IMG/VR virus record: IMGVR_UViG_3300010885_013353
Coordinates: 161-64,160 of that record
Source of the DNA: a virus
Taxonomy: Duplodnaviria > Caudoviricetes
DNA length: 64,000 bases
Strand: one strand, 5' to 3'
Positions 11,401 through 19,786 of the stretch are shown piece by piece (the first letter of the stretch is position 1; each line of letters starts with the position of its first letter). A program made the translations under genes and the position numbers. The notes beneath the pieces are model-generated. The model was not told the origin of the DNA. It was given only the letters and a program-made list of their open reading frames with translations, and did no database searches.

Positions 11401-11871
11401 AATCTGCAATCCTTTCCCAATCAAACCTCCCGCAAGGGTAGGAATAATAGTTCCGAAAGCTTGGGACATAATGTCCACAGGCGCAACAGCAAACGCTTTA
11501 AACGCATCCTGCACCTGATCAAGCACACCTTTGTCTTGGGCATCTTTCATGATCCGCGCAATCTCTTGCTGATTATTCTTGGCCTGAGCGGACAGCAAGT
11601 TACCTACGTAGTCTTCAACACCACGCAGGTTTTTGGAAATAGCGTTTTCAGCACCAAAGGCATCTGTCAGCATCCGAACGCCAGACACAACACCCTTGGT
11701 AAAGTTGACTGGAATGTCTGCTGCTTGGCGTAATACGCTTTCTTTTTCTTCTGGAGCTTCTTTTTTTAAGCTTGGAAGTAATTCGGTTTCAATAGCTTTT
11801 TGAATGTCCTCACGCGACATTTCGTTAGGAAACTCGACTTTCCCAACTCCTTGGATATCTACAATAGCCAT
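2407..11871 (-). CDS. Giant polyvalent virion/ejection protein (HExxH peptidase, glycosylase-like domain, three ART-like domains, LPD38-like C-terminus)
   Basis: 3154 aa at the end of the ejection-protein cluster; RHEVIH; YHST and YHGT ART-PolyVal-type motifs; C-terminal INF..G...IPFLNA pattern resembling LPD38. Confidence 0.8.
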   Translation of the reverse strand: MAIVDIQGVGKVEFPNEMSREDIQKAIETELLPSLKKEAPEEKESVLRQAADIPVNFTKGVVSGVRMLTDAFGAENAISKNLRGVEDYVGNLLSAQAKNNQQEIARIMKDAQDKGVLDQVQDAFKAFAVAPVDIMSQAFGTIIPTLAGGLIGKGLQIGARAAGIGTGAVMGAGVGKSAIYDAVTEELTKAGLPKEVIEQAATQAQEYGGKNLDLILANTLLGGVAASTGIEKALIPGFAKNITQNLAKRGAFGRAGVTGGQEFLTEGLQGGTEQGSQNIALQREGVDVPTFRGVAGAATMEGLAGGVMGGGVGAFSRPQAAPVAPPRGPVQESVQVPIQETIEEAPAFVPQVIPQQYPMQQGVDLATGVMGGAGLTEADLLGAGEAAIQPGQRERAQALAAQQFGLNEPAPRQEYAPTFASPAAAQQSIDGNRFQQQTPAPVITPSQTIPRTPTQPLNAEQMRQRVDEQSALLGQMQTEPFEFDRRRLSTQADVAGGTGQVRGQPRAVIVDPNPMPPLQARQRLAVLKSDVELSGGDPNSLSIVPHPTMGGRFAIEQRVTAQPYVAPPIETPTVSPAAAQQRIEGAALAGSEAQRLNQDQPRQAMLSRIMRNIEERGGVASPDEAEALRQANMGQPYNRIDYGLAPVKSVDQRLTEATGIDLERPRRETITQANQVAAKEAAAEAQARAAVEERQRVNEERRRMGLEQLAEDEQATAFLAKRQAEAEQRVAQQQQQEQYQQRQAELQNVFGNLPPGPRDVIAALSTPSVNRDAQQIKTVKLAQERMTPNDFGILEMVADNPDSMPNALQRIENEYKVKYSLSNDATPELKETVDDMRKKLLPILKRFGLGKVGLRLVDSIENGTADGMYAKQVITLALDSDNPLGVMRHEVIHALKELGAFTPAEWKVLTKAAKDTWINQFFNRDMQDRYQRVYLEQNGNLDGFPEYMQEEAIAQAFRFYTETKPPSGMIANLMRRLNAFFDALTNFLTGKGFTSIDEMFLPNRIFADIERGAVQPGRAGVRKEGLPEFATKYSTRFSLSGDPTPMSVQKIRVYNKEIEDLTKKIGGRIAGMTSEQTVDDVRKAIKKLQSFTAKGLQGRQWYEQSAKAILDAFNGDKVLAEKLFQIIAITSAATEVSANFTKTVNAWNQFANGKPIKVGTGDTNKKIEALLYFGVDWDGRKTNTFYTNLLEAMEGTDTGRSTIDLHMTRMIFGKDQPTDAQYELAENMVRLLASKMDVPPRQVQAASWVTQKAKGMFEDYRNRGLKKNLNDKELREYAFERAVTDYSHLMKAKVTSLPITSELSEPSPDIRARTQTITGEVIPSVKTTMSQMEELAFADKEKLTKEVQKANTVSDIANALGIKSRIRVTVESGAYEGKVNPNLKVQLINDNLAVSESEAQELAYAMSYVFKQDATPFFRADPSLLNKEQYGISLRFDKSLTPAVQKKILGVMNQYLGADAGFSKVGPNEIVMINYRGDDGNPFLMPDADFITALAKARDDINQFAPIEDAKSFGAKSEYPYHDWQEDPAGDAILKRLQSSGAKRPYLQKRLNNLRESFISKARDAVEKTGAEPRFSLRDFGPSQSALRPSPSSDAGISFNPVKEDAVSFQGSHYGKAKVEALNGAKYGQGLRGAEARRLEQSDDERIKRRVYFYIPRSNNTMPNREAGVGGYVYTQKLDNILAPGATMTRLSREAGGDANKFESLIVDNGYDGYAIPDFGMMVVMNQDVPVNYEGTVDEVHGGKKFSLRAPTTPEFKRFFKDSKVVDEKGQPLVVYHSTYSDFPQFTTNFGENEYFQFGVHFGTQESAENRLEIKKAEDKSRGVRVPQSGANIIPLYANIKNPLRLDENRSGRWGVDDIMNAVMEKADKTGIEGISSQDLDDFYNDRFDIEEWAGLKAEAGSPDYGPESIDRSWSDVNDFAAGERSNLLKVFLKQLGYDGIVYKNEFEGGGDSYIALDSKQVKSTFNTGSFGKDTGKISYSLRAPKTPEFKRFFGNSKIVKPDGTPKVMYHGTARIIDEFIPKQAGAIFVTENPEFAETFSEDSVQYMVNEQIKQLGKKFAEMDPVGQIKFLKKGLRLAVKEKALTSEYAKRIFNRLDEDFKNNKYPTQLEFNGLAEFFKDQIQKELEVGPNIMPVYVRAENPFDFQSSENYTKLVQELNRTGTFKENNLPADFLQRIKNGAWQIIESPEIQEAIKGAGFDGFYVIEGGNKNLAVYNPNQIKSAIGNRGTYDETGRILYSLKNAPPNQYTKLADDDPSTGKAMIDAATSAFNAVRNDGSRTSGRVALVDRYAGLSKTLQPIPLFNDGVLRADMLHHAKAQNINLIKGGLVTGTPILNDDGTIGIEASENNLARAAQLADNLNSNKNVVESGLSGRGYVATVARALRGADIIEEDKATRALGEQQISDANFLAGELKKELKEGKITPRQVAQFQNAIDELRKLGNENRKVNRELQVKPEDIAWAKKQLEMTPEVQEILDIWKTVNTSLVNLHEAVGIIDKQTADKYRAQKNYVPLFKSREDLNEEGFFRTGTGAKTTAKIKELKGADITRNIWENIDKQFATMIAAAYENQTRRVSVEQMRGISPDLAEITNQSDPRVNLRYRDGGKDVHVIIENPNDLAAFQSMTYQMGPIMQIFSGFTKVLRAGALLNPMFWIRQLIRDPISATLTGQAGVITPFHSAKEFLTIITRNSEEARILASRGVIGQFDSTVSLQEFLGDVGKEKQNPPGVIQRGLHRLLEIHEASDAATRVAIFKKAKAKALADGMSESRAVDYAVMKARESINFAITGNSQFLAAARNMIPFLNATIVGLDTLYRAATGYGLNPEEKAKAQRMFATRASMMIAMSLAYAAMMQDDDDYKKLPDYVKDGNWLFPLSDKDGKTFVRVVVPYEVGYLFKTIPEVLVRYMSGTSTGKEALASLKAGFIQNMPTGGVPIPQFAKPTLEVISNHSFHTGRAIEGVGDSLMPVSERGRKASEFAKMMSKAGLDNIGMSPAKIDVFLKGTFAEMGTFGLELADSLILAGTGQDKTPKNFENMPFMRSFLTDPQVNKAISDFYDLEKSATETANLFTRYKNEGRGEELQALVSDKEKLAQIGAAPTLRKLAQEMTKINQAINIIDKSKDIPPQERRDRINELQRVLATVAQQGYQVAGIAGLPR

Positions 11872-11882
11872 TGAAATTCCTG

Positions 11883-13595
11883 TTAATTTTGCACAAAGCC
11901 TTTGCCGGGTACATATGACATAACAGATCCACCGCCACCACTTGATGAACCAGAAATGCCATACATTTGCTCTGTTAACTGATTCATAATATTTGAATAT
12001 TCATTTAACTTTGGATCTGTTTTAAGTGCATTTTGCGCAGCTTGATAGCCTTCCTTATCCAAATATGGATTAATCTTTCCTAACCGGTCTGAAAGCATTT
12101 TTTCTCGGCGCTCATACAGCGAGCCAATGTCAGATAGTCTCCTACGCATTTGATCTTCGGCTTTGTTTGAAGACCCTGCACCCGCTATCCTAGCAGCCAA
12201 TGCATCTTTATAACGAGCTTCGTTAATATCGGCTGTGCGACCAGCAATGTCTTCCATGCTCTGGTAACGCTGACCCATAAGCAGGTTCTTGTTAAGAGCT
12301 GCCCTTTCAGCCGCACGTTGTTTAGCAGATGCTCCGTATTGCGCAACACCGGCCTGTGCGCCTTGACCAATGTTGGCAAATGCGTTGGGCGATGTTCCAG
12401 ACATCATGCCAAGACCGGCGGTAAGTAACGCCATGTACTTGTCTTCTTGTTTCTGTTTGTTAAGGGCAGCACGTTCTTCTTTAATGTTGGCAAGAAACTC
12501 TTCGAACGCACTCTTTGGACGCTCACGCGCTGTGCCTTGCGATAGAGTTCCACCTGCGCCACCGCCACTACCACCGCCTCCGCCACCTACATTAGTAGCG
12601 CCACCGGGAGCGGCAGGTGCTTTCTGCGAAGCAAGAACACCTTGAATGCCAAACTCAGAACCCAAAACTTCCGGGTTTACAGATTCAGGCTCTGGCGTAA
12701 CCACTACTGTTGGCAACACCGCAGGAGATTGAGCATCAAAATCAAGCGCTGATAACGGCAATTGCTCAGGCGGCAACTCACGTCCTTTGGGTGTTGTTGC
12801 TAATGGTCCGGGAGGTGGACGACGATAACCCAGAAATGCTCGACCACCGGTTTCTCCAGTCATGAATGGTGATGGCCTTGCTCCGGGTGATGCATCTTCA
12901 GAAGAAACGTTATACGAACCCATAATTCTTGCGTACGCTTCGGGGTCTTCTTCTTTTAAACTACCCATTACATCAATTCCAACTGGATTGTATTCTGGGC
13001 TAATATTAGAATAGACTCCTTGATTTAGATCTTCGTTCGCCTCGCTCACCAGCGCTCCGCTTTGGAATCGAATAGCGCCACCAGCGTTTAAGCCAATAAT
13101 GCCGCCATCGGCCCTCTTTTCTACACCCATTGCAACTTTCTTGGTGTTGTGAATTGGAATGCCTTCAAGACCAGCAGCTTCTATTTGCTCCATGTAAGCA
13201 CGTAATACATTATTGTATTCGTCGGCCTCTTGTTCGTCTTGGTATTCTTCGTAGTCAAAGTCCTCTGCGTCACCGCCTTCAGCAAACGCAACAATACCGC
13301 CGTCGTTATATCCGGCTACAGGTAAGTTGCTAGGCATGGAATCAATGCCAGAGGCCTGCTCCATCACTCCCTGAGCAATTGGCTTTTCTGTAGGCAAACC
13401 ATATTGCTGAGCCTGTTGTTGGGCCTGTGCAAGCTGAGCCATCGCGGCAGCTTTCTTTTGCTCGCGCATCTTCTCTTCAAGCAGAGGTACGCCAACGTAG
13501 GCAGGCAACGATCCTGCTTGTATGGATTGCTGAATCTGCGGAATAGACATCCGCTCAGCCATTGCAAAACGCGAGTTCATGGAGTTAATAGACAT
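11883..13595 (-). CDS. Putative internal virion / DNA ejection protein
   Basis: Ala/Gly/Gln-rich, ALLTAGLGMMSG segment, position before the giant gene. Confidence 0.6.
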   Translation of the reverse strand: MSINSMNSRFAMAERMSIPQIQQSIQAGSLPAYVGVPLLEEKMREQKKAAAMAQLAQAQQQAQQYGLPTEKPIAQGVMEQASGIDSMPSNLPVAGYNDGGIVAFAEGGDAEDFDYEEYQDEQEADEYNNVLRAYMEQIEAAGLEGIPIHNTKKVAMGVEKRADGGIIGLNAGGAIRFQSGALVSEANEDLNQGVYSNISPEYNPVGIDVMGSLKEEDPEAYARIMGSYNVSSEDASPGARPSPFMTGETGGRAFLGYRRPPPGPLATTPKGRELPPEQLPLSALDFDAQSPAVLPTVVVTPEPESVNPEVLGSEFGIQGVLASQKAPAAPGGATNVGGGGGGSGGGAGGTLSQGTARERPKSAFEEFLANIKEERAALNKQKQEDKYMALLTAGLGMMSGTSPNAFANIGQGAQAGVAQYGASAKQRAAERAALNKNLLMGQRYQSMEDIAGRTADINEARYKDALAARIAGAGSSNKAEDQMRRRLSDIGSLYERREKMLSDRLGKINPYLDKEGYQAAQNALKTDPKLNEYSNIMNQLTEQMYGISGSSSGGGGSVMSYVPGKGFVQN

Positions 13596-13599
13596 CGCA

Positions 13600-14712
13600 C
13601 TATCCTTTCATTGCGTTATACATGCCAAGCGTATCAAGGCCGTCAGACTCTCGGTCTTTAATTGCCCCGCCTTTTGCACTGCCAAACATTTTATATGCAC
13701 CGTAACCCGCTGTTCCCAGACCAACAGCCTGTGAAATCGCGCTGGGGTTCTGATACATAGACTGCGCACCTTGCGACATGGGTAACCCACGATAGATGTC
13801 AGACATAAACCCAAGCTGTTTATACGGATAGTTCATGCTATCCATGTACTGCTGGTAACCAATATCCAGACCACGCTGTTCAAGTCCTTGTTGCATTGCA
13901 CCAGCTCGCAACTGTGCGTCAGTTATAGCCGTCTCTTGACCAAACTGAGTCTGACCCAAGGCACCAAGTGTTGAAGCCGCCGTGCCTGCAGTGTTTAAAC
14001 CTGCCAAGCCATACTGTCCAGCACCCACCGCACCTTGAACGCCTTGCAGCCCAGTCTGTAACCCCTGCAAACCTAGGTTAGAGCCGTACTGCATAGATTT
14101 TATAGCTTGATCGTAAGCAGACTGAGAGCCTTGTGCTTGAATGCTATTCAAAGCTGTGTTGCGGTTGCGCTCATTCTCAGCTCGCATCAACGCATCGCGT
14201 GTGCCACCAAAAGCACCTGATGCAGCGCCCTGACCCATGACCTTTGAGCCAGAGATGTCGTATCCGCGATTAGCTTCTTGTTTCTGCAGATCAACCACAT
14301 TCTGCATATAAGGCGACATATAAGCACCAATATCACCGGGAGACGTAGCCATGTTGGCATACTGAGACCCAGCACCAGAGGCTTGAGCGCCATACCCTAA
14401 CGCAGCGTTCTGTAACCCACGGGCTTGCTCAGGAGTTTGAAGGGCCATGCCACCGACTTGTTGTGCAAGCTGCGACCCAACGGCAATTTGTGGAGCTACC
14501 TGTTGGTTGGACACTCTGTCAAAGGCAGAGCCTTGCAACGGAGAAAACGCAGCAATCTGTTGACCAGCGTAAGGCTGATACGGATTATCGTTTATGTTTG
14601 TTAACGCAGCAGCCTGACCAAGTGATCGCTCTACATAAGGACGAGCGTATTCAGGAATAGATGTCGTTGTGACATTCTGCTGGGTAGGTGTTGATGCTCC
14701 GCCGCCGCTCAT
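13600..14712 (-). CDS. Putative internal virion / DNA transfer protein
   Basis: IPEYARPY, GAFGGTR and YPYKQL motifs; Gln/Gly-rich. Confidence 0.65.
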   Translation of the reverse strand: MSGGGASTPTQQNVTTTSIPEYARPYVERSLGQAAALTNINDNPYQPYAGQQIAAFSPLQGSAFDRVSNQQVAPQIAVGSQLAQQVGGMALQTPEQARGLQNAALGYGAQASGAGSQYANMATSPGDIGAYMSPYMQNVVDLQKQEANRGYDISGSKVMGQGAASGAFGGTRDALMRAENERNRNTALNSIQAQGSQSAYDQAIKSMQYGSNLGLQGLQTGLQGVQGAVGAGQYGLAGLNTAGTAASTLGALGQTQFGQETAITDAQLRAGAMQQGLEQRGLDIGYQQYMDSMNYPYKQLGFMSDIYRGLPMSQGAQSMYQNPSAISQAVGLGTAGYGAYKMFGSAKGGAIKDRESDGLDTLGMYNAMKG

Positions 14713-15116
14713 AGTGATACCTCTAATATGATGTACTTTTCGTTAAACCCAAACCGTCCCAACAACCTAGATACCGAATCCCTTGCTGCGCATTCTATTT
14801 TGGTAGCGCCATTGACTCGACAAATGTTTTCTAGCTGTTTAAACGTGTCTTCATTAATAATTGCTTTACCGCTTGCACCAGTAATAAACGCCACTCGGTG
14901 ATTGGGACGATTTATAAAATCCACGGTCATTGCGCCGCAAATATTATTATCATCATCCGTTGACACCAACAACATCCACTGACCAGTTAATACGTACAAC
15001 TTAATCTGTTCAAGGGAATAATCACCTTTTGCATGTACTTGCGATTCAGCTAAATGCTTTTGGACTAATCCCCAAGTTTGCGCGGCATGTTGTAGCGGAA
15101 CGTGCTGTATTTTCAT
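14709..15116 (-). CDS. GNAT-fold virion assembly protein (P22 gp14 / T7 gp13-like position)
   Basis: Position among ejection genes; GATKIECAAR...RLLGRFGF GNAT-like end. Confidence 0.55.
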   Translation of the reverse strand: MKIQHVPLQHAAQTWGLVQKHLAESQVHAKGDYSLEQIKLYVLTGQWMLLVSTDDDNNICGAMTVDFINRPNHRVAFITGASGKAIINEDTFKQLENICRVNGATKIECAARDSVSRLLGRFGFNEKYIILEVSL

Positions 15117-16630
15117 GCTGGTAGATTTCTATACGCCTTTGAGTCAACGGCTACACGACCTTTGCCAACAGACTTGCGACGATTACTCTGAACGCGATCC
15201 ATCATGGCATACAGTCGCTTAGCACCGGCATCAGTACTTCCGTTACCAAGCTCAGAAACAATACGAGCAGGAACAACGAACTCACCATCAGCAAGGCGAG
15301 CAGGCTGACGAGCGCCAATTTGAGCAGGTATGTCATCGCTAACTCCATCGCCGGGGCCTTTTAACAAACGACCACCGTCAGAATAGTCACCTAAGTGTCC
15401 ACCCCCTGCGTAACCTTGGTACGCGCCTTGCATTGGGTAGTGGGGTGCCATGTTTATTGTTTGATGTGCGCCAACTCGGTCACCCATGCCCATGTCGTCA
15501 GGGCTTTGATAACGACCACCAATATCGCCACCCATTGCGTAAGAACGCATCAAGCCACCGTTGGCTTCACCACCACCTGTGTCATTGAAACGTGATTGCT
15601 CAGACTTAAGCGCGTCAAGCTCCTCACGCATTTTTTCTAAGTCAGTTTTTTTGTTACCGGGCGCTTCAAATGTGCCTGTGTAACGTCCTGTTACTGGATC
15701 AAAACGCAAGCCACCTATCCCAGCATCAGCCGGTTTAGTAAGGGCAGACGGAGGTAAAGGATTGTATGCGCCATACCCAGCAGATCCCGGCACTTGCATG
15801 GCTGCAGGACGAGCATTTATGTTGTACTGTTGGTTGGCGCGTTCCATAACTTGTTGGTTGTACGCCTGAACAGCAGGATCTACAACACGCGCAGCAGAGA
15901 AGTCTTGCAAGGCAACGGGTTTAAACGCTTCAACACGATAGTCTTGTGGGTTGCCGCCTTCAGCTAAAGCAATAGTTCCACCATTAGCTTTGTTGTAATC
16001 GCCAACAGAAGTTACATCACCTGCTGTGTAGGAGTCATTAAAGTAAGACTGTCCGGGCTGACCATACAATGGGTTAACTTCGCGGTTAAATGTGAAGTCG
16101 CGGATGTTACCTTCGTCTGGTTTATCAGGCTCTTGACCGGGTGCCATCATGCCACCAAGCGCACCGCCTGCAAGTGCGTATTTGTTCTGAGAAAGAAAGT
16201 TTCCAATGCTAAACGGCTGTGCTGCAGTACTAGCTAACTGTGTTGTTGGCAGAGAAATTCCTGTTCCTAAAACGTTGCTGGCTGGTGTGCCTAATGCAGA
16301 TGGCATTAGTGCGGAAGATCCTGTTGCGTTTAAGCCAAGACCAGACGTAGCGCCGTTAGTCAAAGAACCACCCGCAAACATGCTAGATGGGTTTGCTAAT
16401 GCCGCAGTAGCTTCTGTAGCACCTAAAGATGTCAACCCAGTACCCGCAGCAGTACCTTCAACAGCTCCAGCGGCACCACCTAACCCACCAGCAGCGGGCA
16501 TAAACGCACCGCCTAGCGCCCCACCAATACCGCCCATCAGAGCGCCTTGGAGAACATCTTTCTTTTGAAGCGCAGCAATGCCGCCACCAAGGGCAGCGCC
16601 CATCATTAAACCGGCTACGATAGGAATCAT
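15113..16630 (-). CDS. Putative internal virion protein
   Basis: Hydrophobic Gly-rich N-terminus; C-terminal GPGDGVSDDIPA...LADGEFVVPA. Confidence 0.6.
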   Translation of the reverse strand: MIPIVAGLMMGAALGGGIAALQKKDVLQGALMGGIGGALGGAFMPAAGGLGGAAGAVEGTAAGTGLTSLGATEATAALANPSSMFAGGSLTNGATSGLGLNATGSSALMPSALGTPASNVLGTGISLPTTQLASTAAQPFSIGNFLSQNKYALAGGALGGMMAPGQEPDKPDEGNIRDFTFNREVNPLYGQPGQSYFNDSYTAGDVTSVGDYNKANGGTIALAEGGNPQDYRVEAFKPVALQDFSAARVVDPAVQAYNQQVMERANQQYNINARPAAMQVPGSAGYGAYNPLPPSALTKPADAGIGGLRFDPVTGRYTGTFEAPGNKKTDLEKMREELDALKSEQSRFNDTGGGEANGGLMRSYAMGGDIGGRYQSPDDMGMGDRVGAHQTINMAPHYPMQGAYQGYAGGGHLGDYSDGGRLLKGPGDGVSDDIPAQIGARQPARLADGEFVVPARIVSELGNGSTDAGAKRLYAMMDRVQSNRRKSVGKGRVAVDSKAYRNLPA

Positions 16631-16663
16631 AGTTTCACCTGAAAAGGGAATTAGTTAATATTA

Positions 16664-17341
16664 TCATGCAGGTAGCCTAGACACAAAGACAATACTGCCA
16701 ATTGCGGAGGGATTTGATGGTCTAGCATAAGGCACTGTTTGGGCATTCTCATGCTCAAGGTAAACACCATCAACAGGACCGACAGTGTTGTACGCTTGAT
16801 CGGTTGCCCACCACAGCCCTATAGAGTCACCCGCATTAATCTCAAACGTAACGCTTGAATAACCAACTAGGTGACTGGGAACGAGTGCGCTTTTACGGGC
16901 TGCTATGGTGAACTTACTGCTAGATCCGGGTAAGTCAACGTTGTTTATACGCAGCCAAAGGTACGCATTATGAATAGCATTGTCTGTGTTTGTAAACTGA
17001 ATACTAAAGTCAATTTTGTACACACCACCATAGGCAGCGGTTGCCGTGTTATCTACGTTTAAAGTAAAACCGTCACCAGAATCCAACGTATTCCACGAAA
17101 TCTTAGTTGGTGTGTCGGTAGCTGTGGCGTATTGGTCTGTTGTATCTTGAGCGGCTATATGCGGGTTTTGCAGGTACTGACCGCCACTGCCACCAGCCAA
17201 GGCTGAAGTTACGTTGTCTAACTGACTGAAGTACAAGCGCAGAATGTTTGTAAACTGTTCGTGAAAACGTGACTCGTACTCTCCCGGCGCAATCGGAAGG
17301 TTAGGTGCCTTAGTACCACGAAGCAATAGGTTATTAGCCAC
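16664..17341 (-). CDS. Putative tail needle/hub-associated protein
   Basis: Follows the tail hub gene; short coiled coil then a beta-sandwich-like domain. Confidence 0.5.
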   Translation of the reverse strand: MANNLLLRGTKAPNLPIAPGEYESRFHEQFTNILRLYFSQLDNVTSALAGGSGGQYLQNPHIAAQDTTDQYATATDTPTKISWNTLDSGDGFTLNVDNTATAAYGGVYKIDFSIQFTNTDNAIHNAYLWLRINNVDLPGSSSKFTIAARKSALVPSHLVGYSSVTFEINAGDSIGLWWATDQAYNTVGPVDGVYLEHENAQTVPYARPSNPSAIGSIVFVSRLPA

Positions 17342-17352
17342 TAAATATCCCT

Positions 17353-19749
17353 TTATCGCCTGCCGTCGTTCCTGATGTCAATTCTGGGAGTTCCTAATTG
17401 CCATGAAACCCCTAGTTCAGTTGACTCAATCCTGAATGCCATCTGGCGACCACGTAAGCGGGTATAGACCTGACCGTCAAACTCTTGGATGTTATATGCA
17501 CGGGATACGCCATAGTTATTAGCGCTCTGAACTTGTGGGTTGCCTGCAACACCATAAGGCGCACCGGAGTTTTGGCGGGGTTTGATGGTCATCGTGACAT
17601 AGGGTTGGTTGACGTTCGAGCCGTTAAAGTTAATGTCAGGCAAGATACGCCACACAAAACCAAAGTTATGCCCATCGCCAATGTCAAAGTCGGACGACTG
17701 AATAAACGCACTGATTGGTATAGGGGTTAACCCTGCCACGTCATCAACGTTAGACTCGTGGTACAGAATGCGTTCGTTGTAGTCCGCAGCCATAGGATAT
17801 TGGCGAATGCCAGAGTCAAGCCAAGCCGTGCGGCTCATTGTGCCGTAGTACCATGCTTTATCAAGGTAGTTATAGATGACATACTTATCCACAACGTTCG
17901 AGTTGGTTGAGCAATAGAACCACCAGACCTCGTTATAACCTTCGTTGCCACCAGCAAAAATTTGGTACGACTGATCCTTGTTTATATCATTAAAGATATA
18001 TTGACGCAGCGAGCAAGGCAGCGTCTCAACACGACCAGAATACTGATAGAACTTGCCTTCGCCCATCCAGTAGGTAATGTTGTTAATTGTGATGGCAGAA
18101 TTTGGTGAGATGATGGAGATGTTATCCATCAAAATTTCAAACTTGTAGACGTACGGCGGTCCAAGATACTGCATTGAATACAGCGCCGAGTCTGTCCAGA
18201 TCAGGATTTCCTGACGGGTATTGATGCTTGTTACAATAGTTGAGCCATGCGAAAGCCGGAACTCGCCTGATTGGTTTGTAACGTCTGGCACCCACTGGTA
18301 CGGGTTCTCTTGATCTGACCACCGTACAAGCATGGGGTCAAAGTCTGTATCAGCGTCAGTTGGGTCGTATGGGTTTGCGCCAAAGGCAATCACAAATCGT
18401 TGAATAGAAGAGGCAGAAACTTCTAATGTCTTGTTGGGTACAAACTGACCGCTAAAACCAGCAGACGTAGACAGGTCGGATAGTAACTGCGCACGGGTGC
18501 TTACGCCTGTATTGTCAAGCCAATAGTAAATTTCACCATTGCGCGGTGCAATAACCAAGTTCTGACCAAAGTTATCGTTAGACCACAGGCGGAGCTGCTG
18601 ACCAACACCGGTAGTTACTGATGCCTGACCCCATCCACGGGTTCCAGTCTGGTAGTAAGCGGTTACTGTGCCACCACCTGTTGCGGGTGCAGAAGCTGTA
18701 ATTGCTGTGCCGTAACCGTCGTTGCCCATTGCAATTGAGTACGAGTTGGCATTGATGTAGGTAATAGAAAATGATCTATTTAGAAGCGGAGCTGACAGCC
18801 CGCCAACAGCAGTAGCCCCAGCGTAGCGAACATATTGACCGTTTGTTAACCCGTGTGCAGTGTGTGCAACAACAACTGTTCCACTACCGGTACTTGTGGT
18901 GAACGGGTTGGTCAGTGTAAAGACGGCAGGGACAGGCCAAGTGCCAGCGCCCCATCCAGTACCAACAACGTAGACATCTAAGCCAGTATTGATCTGGTAT
19001 GCAGCAACAATAGCTGATCCACCGCCAGAAGCTTGGCTAGTTGAAAACACACCATTCACATTAAATGTGTACTTGCTGGAACTAATAACCCGGTATACCT
19101 GTTGCTCAGCGTTTAAATCGGTTGTTGCAAACCCAGCAAAAGCTGTAGCTCCACTAAAAGTTACAAAGTCATTCTGTACTACACCGTTTGATGTATCTGT
19201 GACCGTGATGGTTGCACATCCTACGTTTGCGCCCGTTGTGTGAGAGGCGGCAGTTGTACCGTTATAGCCACGCTCAACGCCTGTCAGGGTGTTGCTAGAC
19301 ACCCCGTTATAGACCATCTGCTCCGAACCAATCTTAATAATGCCACCAGCATTAGGAAAAGATGCAGCGCTGGTTAAAGTAATGGTGGTAGCTGTTGCAT
19401 TAATAGTGCCGTTTAAAGTACTAAATGCACTGACAAACGGGTTAGCCGCCATTGGGTTGACGGTCTTACGAATGGGTGTAACGTCGTAGTAGAAACCACC
19501 CTTCTCAATGTAGTACTTAAGGTTTGTACCAACACCCAAGTAGTTTGTGCCATCCAGATCAATCCAGTTCCAAAGCGAACGTGCTACGCCGTCATAGGTA
19601 AATGACGATAAACGTATCCAGCCACCAATCTTTTCGGGAAAGCCCGAGCGGAAACGGATCTTGTCACAGTCAAACCAACCTCCCTCATTCGCGTAGTCAG
19701 TGCCTTCGCGGTTAACGCCCGGACGGAATGTCAATTTCTGAAGGGGCAT
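17353..19749 (-). CDS. Tail tube/hub (P22 gp10-like) protein with inserted accessory domains
   Basis: KLTFRPGVN, KIGGW, VRWSDQE, EVWWFY and RTAW motifs. Confidence 0.7.
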   Translation of the reverse strand: MPLQKLTFRPGVNREGTDYANEGGWFDCDKIRFRSGFPEKIGGWIRLSSFTYDGVARSLWNWIDLDGTNYLGVGTNLKYYIEKGGFYYDVTPIRKTVNPMAANPFVSAFSTLNGTINATATTITLTSAASFPNAGGIIKIGSEQMVYNGVSSNTLTGVERGYNGTTAASHTTGANVGCATITVTDTSNGVVQNDFVTFSGATAFAGFATTDLNAEQQVYRVISSSKYTFNVNGVFSTSQASGGGSAIVAAYQINTGLDVYVVGTGWGAGTWPVPAVFTLTNPFTTSTGSGTVVVAHTAHGLTNGQYVRYAGATAVGGLSAPLLNRSFSITYINANSYSIAMGNDGYGTAITASAPATGGGTVTAYYQTGTRGWGQASVTTGVGQQLRLWSNDNFGQNLVIAPRNGEIYYWLDNTGVSTRAQLLSDLSTSAGFSGQFVPNKTLEVSASSIQRFVIAFGANPYDPTDADTDFDPMLVRWSDQENPYQWVPDVTNQSGEFRLSHGSTIVTSINTRQEILIWTDSALYSMQYLGPPYVYKFEILMDNISIISPNSAITINNITYWMGEGKFYQYSGRVETLPCSLRQYIFNDINKDQSYQIFAGGNEGYNEVWWFYCSTNSNVVDKYVIYNYLDKAWYYGTMSRTAWLDSGIRQYPMAADYNERILYHESNVDDVAGLTPIPISAFIQSSDFDIGDGHNFGFVWRILPDINFNGSNVNQPYVTMTIKPRQNSGAPYGVAGNPQVQSANNYGVSRAYNIQEFDGQVYTRLRGRQMAFRIESTELGVSWQLGTPRIDIRNDGRR

Positions 19750-19786
19750 GTTATACTCCTGTTAAGTCATTAACAAGGAGACTATT

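Noticed and set aside
2635-11733. Many + strand ORFs antisense to the giant gene, and similar ones elsewhere in the late operon
   Set aside because: Shadow ORFs with no recognisable motifs
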